Assembly: GCA_964419785.1 (NCBI GenBank)
Contig: CAYQRM010000190.1
Coordinates: 31,290 to 95,289, forward strand
DNA length: 64,000 nucleotides
Source of the DNA: an uncultured Solibacteraceae bacterium
GTDB lineage: Bacteria; Acidobacteriota; Vicinamibacteria; Vicinamibacterales; SCN-69-37
Reading direction: 5' to 3'
Shown: positions 46,835 through 56,273 of the stretch, piece after piece
Numbering within the stretch: position 1 is the first letter of the stretch
How the letters are laid out: each line of letters starts with the position of its first letter
The notes under the pieces: generated by a model
The model's database searches: none
What the model was told of the DNA's origin: nothing
Seen by the model: the letters and a program-made list of their open reading frames with translations, nothing else
Position numbers and translations under genes: made by a program

Positions 46835-47230
46835 TTACAGGGTCGCGCCTTCCTTGTCCTTCCGGTCGCCCGCCGGCGCGCACGCGTCGTACCGCGAGCG
46901 CATCCCCTGCCTGAATCGCTCGCGTTCCTCGGGCGTCATGCGGTCCCACCGATCGGCCATGCGCTGTTCCACCCGCTCTTCGATCCGGCGGCGCATGTTC
47001 GAGCGCGAGCCCATGTGCCCGGTCCGCCCAAAAAGAATCCGGCAGAGCACGAGCAACCCGAAGGCCTCCCAGAACGTGATCTGCCGCCAGCCGAACAGTG
47101 ACGGCAGCAGCCAGTTCCACAACTGCTGGACGATGACGCCGCCGATGAAGGCGATGGCCACCATCGCGAAGAGCGCGATCGGCGCAATGAAGATCCACTT
47201 CTTTCGTCGCATGTCCCACATGACGTTCAT
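46835..47230 (-). CDS. hypothetical two-TM membrane protein co-translated with the ECF sigma factor (candidate anti-sigma/regulatory partner)
   Basis: 131 aa. Its start overlaps the sigma factor stop by 4 nt. It has two hydrophobic helices (WIFIAPIALFAMVAIAFIGGVIV, FWEAFGLLVLCRILF) and then an Arg/Glu-rich helix (RRRIEERVEQRMADRWDRMTPEERERFRQGMR). No zinc-binding anti-sigma motif is present. Confidence 0.55.
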   Translation of the reverse strand: MNVMWDMRRKKWIFIAPIALFAMVAIAFIGGVIVQQLWNWLLPSLFGWRQITFWEAFGLLVLCRILFGRTGHMGSRSNMRRRIEERVEQRMADRWDRMTPEERERFRQGMRSRYDACAPAGDRKDKEGATL

Positions 47231-47847
47231 CCTTTCGCCAGCTCGTCGTAGAGCCGGCGCAATCGCTCGCGCAGCCGAAGGACCGCGTAGCGCTTGCGTG
47301 ACAGCAGCGTGTTCACGCTCGTGCCCGTCCGCTCGGCCAGTTCCTTGAAGCTCACTTCGTCGATCTCGTGCGCGATGAACACCTCACGCTGGTCGTCTGG
47401 CAGCGCGTCGATCGCCGCGGCAATTTCGTCGAGCAGGACGCGGCGCGCGTAAAGCGCGTCCGGCCCGGCGGCGGCTGAGGGCAGCAACTCCTCGAGGCCG
47501 AGTCGCTCGTCTTCATCGCTCACGACACCGGCGTCGCTCAGCCGATCCGGCGTTTTCCTCCGAAAAAGGTCGGTGATGCGGTTGCGCGCGACGCGAAACA
47601 GCCAGCCCGTGACGTGCTCGATCGGCATCAGCAGCCGGTTCGCCTCGACGAGCTCGGCAAAAACGTCCTGCAGGATGTCTTCGGCGTCGCGCGGATCGGG
47701 CACCCGCCGGCGGATGAAGCTGCCGAGGCGCGATCGCTCCCGCGTGAAGACGTCGGCGATGCGTCGATCCTGTTTGCGCGCCATCCGAGCCGCCTGCCTG
47801 CGCGCGATGCGCTCATGAGCGCCAGCGAGCCCGGCTGCGTCGTCCAT
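47227..47847 (-). CDS. ECF-type RNA polymerase sigma factor
   Basis: Region 2 reads DILQDVFAELVEANRLLMPIEHVTGWLFRVARNRITDLFRR. Region 4 reads SFKELAERTGTSVNTLLSRKRYAVLRLRERL. Confidence 0.88.
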   Translation of the reverse strand: MDDAAGLAGAHERIARRQAARMARKQDRRIADVFTRERSRLGSFIRRRVPDPRDAEDILQDVFAELVEANRLLMPIEHVTGWLFRVARNRITDLFRRKTPDRLSDAGVVSDEDERLGLEELLPSAAAGPDALYARRVLLDEIAAAIDALPDDQREVFIAHEIDEVSFKELAERTGTSVNTLLSRKRYAVLRLRERLRRLYDELAKG

Positions 47848-47918
47848 CTACAGGTGTAGACGGACGAGGGGGTGTGGATATTGTAGGAGCGGAAAAGTTG
47901 GCGGCCGCGAGGCGGCAG

Positions 47919-48248
47919 TTACCAGTTGAAGTACCAGACGGGGAAGACCGCGATGAGGGCCGCCGCGAACTGAAGCGCCAGGACCGGCAGCGCTTTTCGC
48001 GGCTCAGCGGGGAGCCACCTGATCGCAAAAAATGCGATCACCGGGACCTGTCCGGCCATCAATAGCTGCCACAGGTGGGCGGCCGTGCCCTCGTCGGCCT
48101 GACGGGCCGTGCCGAACATCACGATGTAGCCAACGATGACGGCGACCGCCGCCGCGGACATGGCGATCGGCGCAAAGGCGCTCGGGCGAGTCAGGAGTGT
48201 GCCGGTCATGTAGGCCTCTCTGGCTAACGTCGCGACATGATAGAGCAC
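47919..48248 (-). CDS. hypothetical small membrane protein
   Basis: 109 aa with three hydrophobic helices; an alternative start is at MTGTLL. I recognise no family. Confidence 0.5.
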   Translation of the reverse strand: MLYHVATLAREAYMTGTLLTRPSAFAPIAMSAAAVAVIVGYIVMFGTARQADEGTAAHLWQLLMAGQVPVIAFFAIRWLPAEPRKALPVLALQFAAALIAVFPVWYFNW

Positions 48249-48254
48249 TTTGTA

Positions 48255-49082
48255 CTACAAAGTCAATAGACCGGCCAGCCGCGCCCCGGACTTCGAATCG
48301 TGCGACGGCAAGTAGACCAGCGGGCGTTCCCGGGCGAGTCCGAGAATTCGGCCGTGCGTCTCGAGCGCGACGCGCTGATTCGGACTCACGCCGTCGACTC
48401 GTCCAGCGAGTAACAGCTCCTGGTTGTAGCTCGTGTCGCCGGCGAGGAAGAACGACGGCTCGCCTTGGACGAGCACGGACACGTGATGCGGAGTGTGGCC
48501 GGGAGTCGGGACGATGAGCACGTCGCCGCGCTTGGTGACGGGCATGGCTTCGTCGAACGGACCGACCTGGCGTCGATCGAAGCGGATGAATTCCGGCTGC
48601 CACCACTTCGGCCAGCGGTGCGAGAGGTAGCCCATGAGACGGCCTGCGGCGTCAGTCGCGGTTTTGAACTCGCCGGGTGCGACGAGCGAGCGGCTGCCCG
48701 TCACATGAAACAGTCCGCCGGCGTGATCGGTGTGGAGGTGCGTGAGGACCACCGTCTTCACGTCGCGGGGGCCGATCCCGAGCGCGCGCAGCTGCGGACC
48801 AAGCTCCTCTTCGGGATGCACGGAGAAGTGCACCGCCCGACGGAAGAACGGATTCCAGCGCGGGTGATAGCCGCGCTCGTGGACGCGCGAGGTCTCGCCG
48901 GTGTCGACGAGGATGAATCCTTCGTCATGCTCGATGAGCCAGACGTGGACCGGTAGCCACTCCGACCAATCGGGGTCGAACAGCATGTGACCGACGCGGG
49001 CGGCCTGGCTGCCGCCGCGCGATTCTCTCTGCGCGTTTCGCACCTGGACGCGGCCGGTGCTGAGGGCGTGAACTTTCGTCAT
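48255..49082 (-). CDS. MBL-fold metallo-hydrolase (N-acyl homoserine lactonase-like subgroup possible)
   Basis: The metal-binding motif VVLTHLHTDHAGG (HxHxDH) is present, with downstream His and Asp residues (VPTPGHTPHH, LAGDTSY). Confidence 0.85.
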   Translation of the reverse strand: MTKVHALSTGRVQVRNAQRESRGGSQAARVGHMLFDPDWSEWLPVHVWLIEHDEGFILVDTGETSRVHERGYHPRWNPFFRRAVHFSVHPEEELGPQLRALGIGPRDVKTVVLTHLHTDHAGGLFHVTGSRSLVAPGEFKTATDAAGRLMGYLSHRWPKWWQPEFIRFDRRQVGPFDEAMPVTKRGDVLIVPTPGHTPHHVSVLVQGEPSFFLAGDTSYNQELLLAGRVDGVSPNQRVALETHGRILGLARERPLVYLPSHDSKSGARLAGLLTL

Positions 49083-49442
49083 GGCGCCTGAGTCTCCGTC
49101 TCGTGCGAAGTAAGCGATCGCTAACCTATGAACGCAAAAAAATTCTAGTCCCGGACTTTGCCGGCGAGGTCACTGATTCCATCACGCCGATCCGCGCCCT
49201 CAGTTTTCTGTTGTCGATCGCGGCCCTCGCCACGCGCTCTTTGACCTCTTTTGACTCCGAAGGTGACCGTATTTGTCGCGAGTGCGGCGACCTGGCTCGC
49301 AATCGCCGCGGCGGCGGCCAGTGCGCCCTCGCTTTCAGCGACGCGCACCGATCCAGTCACTCTTCTAAAATCGGACTAGCCCGGTGTCCGATCTCGCACT
49401 CTTCCTGTGGCGTGGTCACATGTGTTAGTGTGGCCGTACCAC

Positions 49443-49793
49443 ATGAGCAGCGAAGAGCGCGCCGATCTGATGCAGGGCACCCTGGACCTCATGGTGCTCA
49501 AGACGCTTCAAGCCATGGGTCCGCTCCATGGCTACGGCCTCGCGCGCCGCATCGAGCAGTTGAGCGACGATGCGTTGCGTCTCAATCAGGGAACTATCTA
49601 CGCGTCGCTCTTGCGTCTCAGCGAGCGTGGGTTGATTGCAAGCGCCTGGGGCACCTCGCACAACAACCGTCGCGCGAAATTCTATAGCCTCACGCGCGCG
49701 GGACGCCGCCAGCTCGAGGCACAAACGCAGAGCTGGAAGAGATCGGCCGGCGTCATCGGCCGTCTTCTAAAGCTGACGCCGCAGGCGGAATGA
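49443..49793 (+). CDS. PadR-family transcriptional regulator (acidobacterial type, coupled to an ADOP permease)
   Basis: Track ORF 49407..49793; the start is ATG 49443. The winged helix reads LMQGTLDLMVLKTLQAMGPLHGYGLARRIEQLSDDALRLNQGTIYASLLRLSERGLI. Its stop overlaps the permease start (ATGA at 49790-49793). Confidence 0.88.
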   Translation: MSSEERADLMQGTLDLMVLKTLQAMGPLHGYGLARRIEQLSDDALRLNQGTIYASLLRLSERGLIASAWGTSHNNRRAKFYSLTRAGRRQLEAQTQSWKRSAGVIGRLLKLTPQAE

Positions 49794-52552
49794 CAATGCG
49801 TCAGCTGTTACTCATCGCTCGTACCCGTCTCGCCGGTTTGCTAAGGCGCGGCCGGCTCGATGCCGACTTCCGCGACGAATTGCGCGCGCATGAAGCCATG
49901 CTCACCGAAGAACTCGAGCGTTGCGGCGTCGCGAGCGACGAGGCGCGCCGGCGGGCGCGCGTCCTGCTCGGAAATCCAACAGCCCTGGCTCAGGAGCATC
50001 GAGAACGCCGGACCTGGCGGGTGCTGCCCGATCTCGGCGCCGATGTACGCGTCGCCCTTTGTCAGTTTCGTCGGCGTCCAGGCTTCACCCTCGTCGCGGT
50101 TCTGACGATGGCGCTCGGTATTGGCGTGAACACGACGGTGTTCGGCGCGCTCAACGCCGTCGCGCTGCGTCCATTACCAATTGCCGGGGCCGATCGCGCC
50201 GTCAGGGTGGAACGTTGGGCGCAGAGCGGCCTCCGTGGGACGAGTCAGTTCGTCTATTCCTACGCCGAGTACACCTGGCTGCGCGATCATTTCGATGTGC
50301 TGGCCGATCTCGTTGCGGTCAGTCTGCCGGTGCCCGTCAGCGGCCAGCCGCCGCAGGAGCTCGCGGCGGCCCTATCCGGGGACAACCCGTACATCGCAGA
50401 ATTCGTTTCCGACAATTTCTTTGCGAGTCTCGGAGTCCAGACGCAACTCGGCCGGCCGATGACGCTCGACGAGCTTCGAATTTCAGGGAGCGCGCCCGTC
50501 GTGTTCCTCAGCGACCACGGCTGGCGGACTCGCTTCGGTGCCGATCCGTCGGTCGTCGGTACGGCCATCCGACTGAACGGTGCTTCGTACACAGTCGTCG
50601 GCGTCGGCGCCCCGACCTTCATCGGCATTGGCAATCCGCCGGCGCCTCCGGATTTCTGGGCGTCGCTCGGTCTCAAAGTTGCGATGACGTCCGGGCTCGA
50701 CTGGACAGCGCTGCCCTCCGCGAGACCGTTGCGGTTGATCGGACACGTCGTCCCGTCTGCCTCGATCGCCGCTGGGAGCGCCAGGGCCCGATCGTTCGCC
50801 GCCGGGCTGATGGCCGAGCTTCCGGCTGCTGATCCGACCATCAACCTGACGCTCGAGCCCGCCACATATTTCGGCGAGACGAACGACCCGCGCTTTCTCT
50901 TGTTCGTCTCGCTGCTCGCCGTTGTCGTCGGCCTGATCCTGCTTGCCGCGTGTGCGAATCTCACCAACATGCTGCTCGCGCGCGCGGCGGGCCGCACGCG
51001 CGAGTTCGCGCTCCGGCTCGCCATCGGTGCGGGTCGCAGACGCGTGATCCGGCAGCTGCTTGTCGAGAGCATCTTGCTTTCGCTCGCCGGCGGCGCCGTC
51101 GCGCTCATGTTGGCAGCGTGGGCGAGCCACGTGCTCTGGGTCCGGGCCGCGGAGGCAATTCAGATCTTCACCGGCGGTCGGGGCGCGCTGCTCGTCGATC
51201 TCTCACCAGACCTGCGCGTGTTCGCGTTTGCAATGGCGCTGGCTGCGGCCGCTGGCGTGCTTTTTGGTCTGGCGCCTGCGCGACAGCTCGCGCGCACTGA
51301 TCTCGTGACGGGTCTCGGCGAGGCGGGGGCTGGCTCAGGCGCCTGGTCGCACCGGCCGCGCTTGCGCAGCTGGTTGATCGCGTCCGAGACCGCCATCGCG
51401 ATGACGCTCACAGTCGTCGCCGGCCTGCTTGCGCGCGGCCTCGACCGCGGAGGCGCCGCCGAGGCAAGCATCGATACGCGCCACATCTACTACGTCGGCT
51501 ATGCGTCCGATCCCGATCCAGCCAAGGCCGCAATCCTCGAGCGTCAACTCCTGCAGCGTCTGACCACCGATTCGGCTGTGGAGAACGGTACGCTCATGAG
51601 CACGATTCCATTCGCCGGCACGTGGACGCGTGAGGTCTTCGGCGATTCAGGATCCGGAACGTCGATGATCTTTTCCCACTTGAAGACCGTCTCGAACACG
51701 TACTTCGCCACGATGGGCATCCCGCTCGAACGGGGCCGCGGGTTCACGATTGACGAAGCGGACGCAGGATCCCCGGTGGCCGTGGTCAGCGCGAGCGCCG
51801 CGCGGCGGCTCTGGCCGAATCGCGATCCCATCGGACAAACGATTCGTTTTTCGACGGAACCGCGTCGCGGCGGCTCGCTTTCGACGTTCATCGTCATTGG
51901 CGTCGCGAGCGACGCTCGTACCGTCAACATCTCCCGCGACGATCCGGCGTTCGTCTATTGGCCGACCAAGCGGACCGATGAATACATGTTGGTGATTCGC
52001 TCCGCGCGGCCGGCGCCAACCGTGAGCGCCGCCGTTCGCGGAGCCATCGCGCCAATCGATCCGCGCTTACTGCGCACGCTCGCCGTCGTGCAGATCGAGG
52101 ACGGCTTCGTTCGCCCGCAACGTGTGTTGCCAGCCGCGATCGGAACGTTTGCGACGGCGCTCGCGGTGCTCTCGCTCGTCCTTGCGGCGGCCGGCATCTT
52201 CGGCATTGTGTCGTTTGTCGCAAGTCAGCGAATCCGTGAGTTCGGGATCCGGACGGCAATCGGCGCCACGTCGTCGCGACTGTTGCGTCTGGTCTTGGCG
52301 GAGGGTCTGGCACCCGTGGGGATCGGTATGGCCCTCGGCCTCGTTGCTGCGACGGGTATCGCCGCTATCTTCCACAGCGTTCTTCTGTTGTCGCCGAGTT
52401 CGCCAGATCTGTTGTTTGGCGTCGGCGCGTTCGATCCGGTGACATTCGGCGCGACGACGATCGTCGTGGCCACTGCCGCACTCAGCGCGGCGGCCGTTCC
52501 CGCCTGGCGTGCGGGCCGCGTCGATCCATTGGCCGCGCTGCGGCGATCGTAG
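49790..52552 (+). CDS. ADOP-family duplicated ABC-type permease with N-terminal cytoplasmic extension
   Basis: 920 aa. An N-terminal extension of about 85 aa (RLDADFRDELRAHEAMLTEELERCG...) is followed by two MacB-like modules (REFALRLAIGAG... and REFGIRTAIGAT...). No adjacent ATPase gene is present. Confidence 0.88.
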   Translation: MTMRQLLLIARTRLAGLLRRGRLDADFRDELRAHEAMLTEELERCGVASDEARRRARVLLGNPTALAQEHRERRTWRVLPDLGADVRVALCQFRRRPGFTLVAVLTMALGIGVNTTVFGALNAVALRPLPIAGADRAVRVERWAQSGLRGTSQFVYSYAEYTWLRDHFDVLADLVAVSLPVPVSGQPPQELAAALSGDNPYIAEFVSDNFFASLGVQTQLGRPMTLDELRISGSAPVVFLSDHGWRTRFGADPSVVGTAIRLNGASYTVVGVGAPTFIGIGNPPAPPDFWASLGLKVAMTSGLDWTALPSARPLRLIGHVVPSASIAAGSARARSFAAGLMAELPAADPTINLTLEPATYFGETNDPRFLLFVSLLAVVVGLILLAACANLTNMLLARAAGRTREFALRLAIGAGRRRVIRQLLVESILLSLAGGAVALMLAAWASHVLWVRAAEAIQIFTGGRGALLVDLSPDLRVFAFAMALAAAAGVLFGLAPARQLARTDLVTGLGEAGAGSGAWSHRPRLRSWLIASETAIAMTLTVVAGLLARGLDRGGAAEASIDTRHIYYVGYASDPDPAKAAILERQLLQRLTTDSAVENGTLMSTIPFAGTWTREVFGDSGSGTSMIFSHLKTVSNTYFATMGIPLERGRGFTIDEADAGSPVAVVSASAARRLWPNRDPIGQTIRFSTEPRRGGSLSTFIVIGVASDARTVNISRDDPAFVYWPTKRTDEYMLVIRSARPAPTVSAAVRGAIAPIDPRLLRTLAVVQIEDGFVRPQRVLPAAIGTFATALAVLSLVLAAAGIFGIVSFVASQRIREFGIRTAIGATSSRLLRLVLAEGLAPVGIGMALGLVAATGIAAIFHSVLLLSPSSPDLLFGVGAFDPVTFGATTIVVATAALSAAAVPAWRAGRVDPLAALRRS

Positions 52553-52591
52553 AACCTCTCCGTACTGACGGCGGCTGCTGCCTGATTGGCT

Positions 52592-55237
52592 TCAGTCGCC
52601 GCGCAGCACGATCGTTGGATTCACGCGAAGCGCACGCGCGATCGGTGCGACCGCCGCGAGCACTCCCGATGCCAGGACAGCAATCACTGGCAGTGCCAGC
52701 TGCCGGGCATCGGTCGCGTGCACGTCGTACAGGAGTGTCGTGACGAATCGGACGACGAGCAGTCCCACGCCGAGGCCGGCGATCGTTCCGACCGCCAGCA
52801 CCAGCGCGATATGGCGAGTCATCCGCCAGACGATGTCGCGGCTGGGCGCGCCGATCGCGCGGCAGATGCCGATCTCGCGCTGGCGTTGCTGCACCGTATA
52901 GAACATCACGCCGTAGATGCCGATCGCCGTCAGCGCGATCGCGACGATCGAGAAGAACCACGCCAGCGTCGCGAGCAATCGCTCTCGCACCGTCTGCGCG
53001 TCGTCGATCTCCTGCTGCGTTTCGGCGTTCGTGACGCGAAAGCCGGGCTTCGCCTGGACGACCTGCCGAAGCGCGGGCACGAGCGTCGCGGGATCCGCCG
53101 CCGTGGTGCGAACGGCGAACGTGGCCATGGCCAGCGGCCGAGGCGTACCGGTGGCGCTGAGCGCCGTCATCGGAATGTAGGCCGTCGGCGTCATCGGCTC
53201 ACGCATGTTGCGGTAGCGCGCGTTGCGCACGATGCCGATGATCGCGTACGCCGGCCGGGCCGGCTGGCCGAGCTGGCGCTCGAACATCTGGCCGAGGGCG
53301 TCACGGTCCGGGAAGAACTCCTTCACGAACGCCTCGTTCACAATCGCCGCGCCCGGCGACGGATCGCTGTCGAGAAAATCTCGCCCGGCGATGAGCGGGA
53401 TCTTCATGACGTCCATCCAGCCGGGCGAGACGCCAAGAAAGTACGCGCGCGTCTCCGTAGCGAGCGCGCCGTTGCGCCACACGAAGCCGTTCGATCCGGC
53501 GCCGCTGAGGAGCGCCCATCCGGACGCCGCCGCGGCCTCGACGCCGGGAACGGCACCGAGCTCCGCCGCGAGATCGTTCCACCTCGCGGGCGGCTGCGAC
53601 GGCTGTGCGATGGTATCGAGCTCGATCAGCCGTTCGGCGGAAAAGCCCATCGGCTGAGAGGAGAGTCGATCGAATGTCGAGACGAACAGGCCAGCGATCA
53701 GGAGCACGAGAGCGCAGAAGGCGACCTGTCCCGCCACCGGCGCATGTAGTCGCAGACGGCGAGAGCCAGCGGCGGCCTTGAGATGGCCGATCGGCGCCGT
53801 GCCGCTCGCCCGAAGGGCCGGCAGCAGACCGAAGAGCAAGGCAACGCCGCAGGTCAACGCCACGCTGAAGGCCGTGAGGCGCCAGTCGATCGGGAGCGCG
53901 AGCACGATCGGAGACGCCGGCGGGTTGAGTCGAGAGACGACGAACGGCGCGGCCCACCAGGCGAGGCCGGCGCCGATGGCGCTCGCCAAGAGCGCGACAA
54001 TCGCGCTCTCGACGAACATCAGCTGCGCGAGCCGTCCCCGCCCGGCGCCGATCGAGACGCGCAACGCCATCTCTCGCGACCGCGCCGCCGCCTGCGCGAT
54101 CTTCAAATTTGAGACGTTGGCGCAGGCGATCAGCAGCACGAGCGCGACGAACATCGCGAGTACCGCCAGCGCGCGTGTGTAGTTTCGCTGCAGGTACGAC
54201 ACGCCGGCTGGTGCGGGCTCGGCCACGAGCGTCCGAGTCAGGAACGCGTGCATGTAGTCGGCGGACAACCCGACGAATCCTTTCGCGCGTTCCTCCTGAA
54301 CTGTTTGGAAGACCGATCGCAGCGGGCCGATCACATCGTCCGGCCGGACTCCAGCGTGGAGGTGTACGAAAGCGCGGAACCACGTCGCATCGCTGCGCGC
54401 CGAGAGCGGGTTCATCGTCGCGGGGACGAAGAAGTCCACGGGCACGCCGGGCTCGGTCCCGGCGAATCCGGCCGGCGCGACACCGACGATCTGATAGGCG
54501 AAGGGAGGGACACGAATCGTGCGGCCGATGACCGACGGATCGCGGCCGAACCGGCGCGTCCAGTAGTCATAGGACAAGACGGCGTACGGACCCGCGCCTT
54601 GCGTCACGTCATCAGCGGGCGTAAGCAGGCGGCCGAGCGCCGGGCGTAAGCCGAAGACGTCGAACATCGCTCCGGACACGAACTGACGATGGGCCTTTTC
54701 GGTCTCCTGGTCACCGCCATAGGAGGGCTCGACGGCGTCCGCCCCGGAAACCGCGATCAGATCAGCGCGGTCGCGCACGGCGTCGCGCATCAGAACAAAC
54801 AGCGGGTACTCGCAGCCATCGTCTTCAGTCGAGATCGCGCGCGGGTCCGAGCCCAGCCGCACGAGCTCGAAGAGCCGATCCGGGTGCGCGATCGGAAGAG
54901 GCCGCAGCAGGACGGCGTCGACGATGCGGAACGCGGCGACGCACGCGCCCATCGCCAGGCCGAGCGAGAGGATCGCGGCCGCGGACGTGACGCGGTTTTT
55001 CAGGATCTGGCGGCAGCCGAATCGGATGTCCGCGCGAAGCGCATCGAGCCAGGGCAGCACACGGATGTCGTGACTCGCTTCACGATGGCGCAGTGGCACG
55101 CCGAGCGCGCGGCGGGCCTCCTTTGGATCGCGGCCGCGGGCGATCGCTTCTTCGAGATGTGACGCCAGCTCTTCGTCGATGTCGTCGCCGACGCGATTGG
55201 GCCGGAACGTGCGCGCGAGACGCGACCACCACGCCAT
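52592..55237 (-). CDS. ADOP-family duplicated ABC-type permease with N-terminal cytoplasmic extension
   Basis: 881 aa. The N-terminal extension (VGDDIDEELASHLEEAIARGRDPKEARR...) is followed by two MacB-like modules (REMALRVSIGAG... and REIGICRAIGAP...). Its start lies 1 nt downstream of the PadR stop. Confidence 0.88.
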   Translation of the reverse strand: MAWWSRLARTFRPNRVGDDIDEELASHLEEAIARGRDPKEARRALGVPLRHREASHDIRVLPWLDALRADIRFGCRQILKNRVTSAAAILSLGLAMGACVAAFRIVDAVLLRPLPIAHPDRLFELVRLGSDPRAISTEDDGCEYPLFVLMRDAVRDRADLIAVSGADAVEPSYGGDQETEKAHRQFVSGAMFDVFGLRPALGRLLTPADDVTQGAGPYAVLSYDYWTRRFGRDPSVIGRTIRVPPFAYQIVGVAPAGFAGTEPGVPVDFFVPATMNPLSARSDATWFRAFVHLHAGVRPDDVIGPLRSVFQTVQEERAKGFVGLSADYMHAFLTRTLVAEPAPAGVSYLQRNYTRALAVLAMFVALVLLIACANVSNLKIAQAAARSREMALRVSIGAGRGRLAQLMFVESAIVALLASAIGAGLAWWAAPFVVSRLNPPASPIVLALPIDWRLTAFSVALTCGVALLFGLLPALRASGTAPIGHLKAAAGSRRLRLHAPVAGQVAFCALVLLIAGLFVSTFDRLSSQPMGFSAERLIELDTIAQPSQPPARWNDLAAELGAVPGVEAAAASGWALLSGAGSNGFVWRNGALATETRAYFLGVSPGWMDVMKIPLIAGRDFLDSDPSPGAAIVNEAFVKEFFPDRDALGQMFERQLGQPARPAYAIIGIVRNARYRNMREPMTPTAYIPMTALSATGTPRPLAMATFAVRTTAADPATLVPALRQVVQAKPGFRVTNAETQQEIDDAQTVRERLLATLAWFFSIVAIALTAIGIYGVMFYTVQQRQREIGICRAIGAPSRDIVWRMTRHIALVLAVGTIAGLGVGLLVVRFVTTLLYDVHATDARQLALPVIAVLASGVLAAVAPIARALRVNPTIVLRGD

Positions 55238-55238
55238 C

Positions 55239-55568
55239 TCACACCGTCCTCAGAACGCGGTTGACCGCCGCCGTGACGGCGCGCCAGCGCGCCTCTTCGG
55301 CCTCCATCTGCGATCGCCCGCTCGCGGTGATGTCGTAGATGCGAGCACGGCGCCCCGTGTCTTTCGTGATCCATCGCGCCCGCACCCAGCCGGATTCCTC
55401 CATCCGATGGAGCGCGGGGTAAAGAGAACCCTCTTCGGCCCGGAGCACGTCGCCGGACCGCTCCTGGATGGCGGTCATGATTGCGTAGCCGTGCAGGCCC
55501 GGCCGGCGGTCCAGAATCTTCAGGACGAGCAGATCGAGCGAGCCTTGCAGCGAGTCGGGCTTGGGCAT
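55239..55568 (-). CDS. PadR-family transcriptional regulator (coupled to an ADOP permease)
   Basis: Track ORF 55239..55733. ATG 55568 gives MPKPDSLQGSLDLLVLKILDRRPGLHGYAIMTAIQERSGDVLRAEEGSLYPALHRMEESGWV. Confidence 0.85.
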   Translation of the reverse strand: MPKPDSLQGSLDLLVLKILDRRPGLHGYAIMTAIQERSGDVLRAEEGSLYPALHRMEESGWVRARWITKDTGRRARIYDITASGRSQMEAEEARWRAVTAAVNRVLRTV

Positions 55569-55671
55569 CGCGGCCTCGACATGCTTAGACGTCTGATTAT
55601 GTGGCGGGGTTGGTGCCGGCTTGAGTTCAGGGTAAGATGCGTTTCCACCGCAATCAAGGAGGAGGCTCCCT

Positions 55672-56184
55672 ATGCAGCGACGCACGTTCGTGCTCGGCGG
55701 CGTACTGTCGGTCGTCCTATATGGCGCCGGCACGTTCGCCTTTCAGAACCCCACACTTCCAACCGACCACCTGAGCGGCACGTGGGTTCTCAATGCCGCG
55801 CAGTCCAAGTTCAACCCGCCCGAAGGGGGCATGAAAAGCGAGCGGGTGCGTATCACCGTCGTCCAAGCAGGTATCAAGTTGACGGCCGACGGCTCCGATG
55901 CTCAGGGCCAGACCACCCACGCGGAGTTCACGGCCAAGTTCGACGGCAAGGACTATCCCATCAAGTCCACGGTGGCCGGCAAGCCGGATCCTACGCAGGA
56001 CGCGGTGTCGTGGAAGCAGATCGATGAGTGGAACTACGAGATCACGAACAAGCTCAAGAGCAAGGTGACCACCGTGATGAAGCTCGCCATTAGCCACGAT
56101 GGCAAGATGGGAACCTTGACGATCACCGGTACGACCCCGCAGGGCCAGGCCATCAACAGCACGGCCGTGTACCAGAAGCAGTAA
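55672..56184 (+). CDS. hypothetical secreted beta-rich protein (lipocalin-like by composition)
   Basis: A strong Shine-Dalgarno sequence AAGGAGGAGG lies upstream of ATG 55672. It has the signal MQRRTFVLGGVLSVVLYGAGTFA and alternating beta-strand pattern (GTWVLNAAQSKF, RVRITVVQAG, WNYEITNKLK, MGTLTITGT). It is followed by a clear terminator. Confidence 0.65.
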   Translation: MQRRTFVLGGVLSVVLYGAGTFAFQNPTLPTDHLSGTWVLNAAQSKFNPPEGGMKSERVRITVVQAGIKLTADGSDAQGQTTHAEFTAKFDGKDYPIKSTVAGKPDPTQDAVSWKQIDEWNYEITNKLKSKVTTVMKLAISHDGKMGTLTITGTTPQGQAINSTAVYQKQ

Positions 56185-56219
56185 CGTCGCGTCGATCGAC
56201 GAGCAGGTGAAACCACGAA

Positions 56220-56250
56220 GGGGCGGCAAATCTGCCGCCCCTCGTCTTTT
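56220..56250 (+). terminator. rho-independent terminator
   Basis: The perfect 9-bp stem GGGGCGGCA (56220-56228) / TGCCGCCCC (56233-56241) has a 4-nt loop and is followed by TCGTCTTTT. It lies between the convergent genes 55672..56184 and 56274..58685. Confidence 0.8.
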
Positions 56251-56273
56251 CACCAGTCACGCCGACGACAGGT

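Noticed and set aside
49103-49687. A 194-aa plus-strand ORF crossing the long intergenic gap into the PadR gene.
   Set aside because: It is out of frame with the clear PadR winged-helix reading frame and has no coding-like third-position bias in its upstream part.
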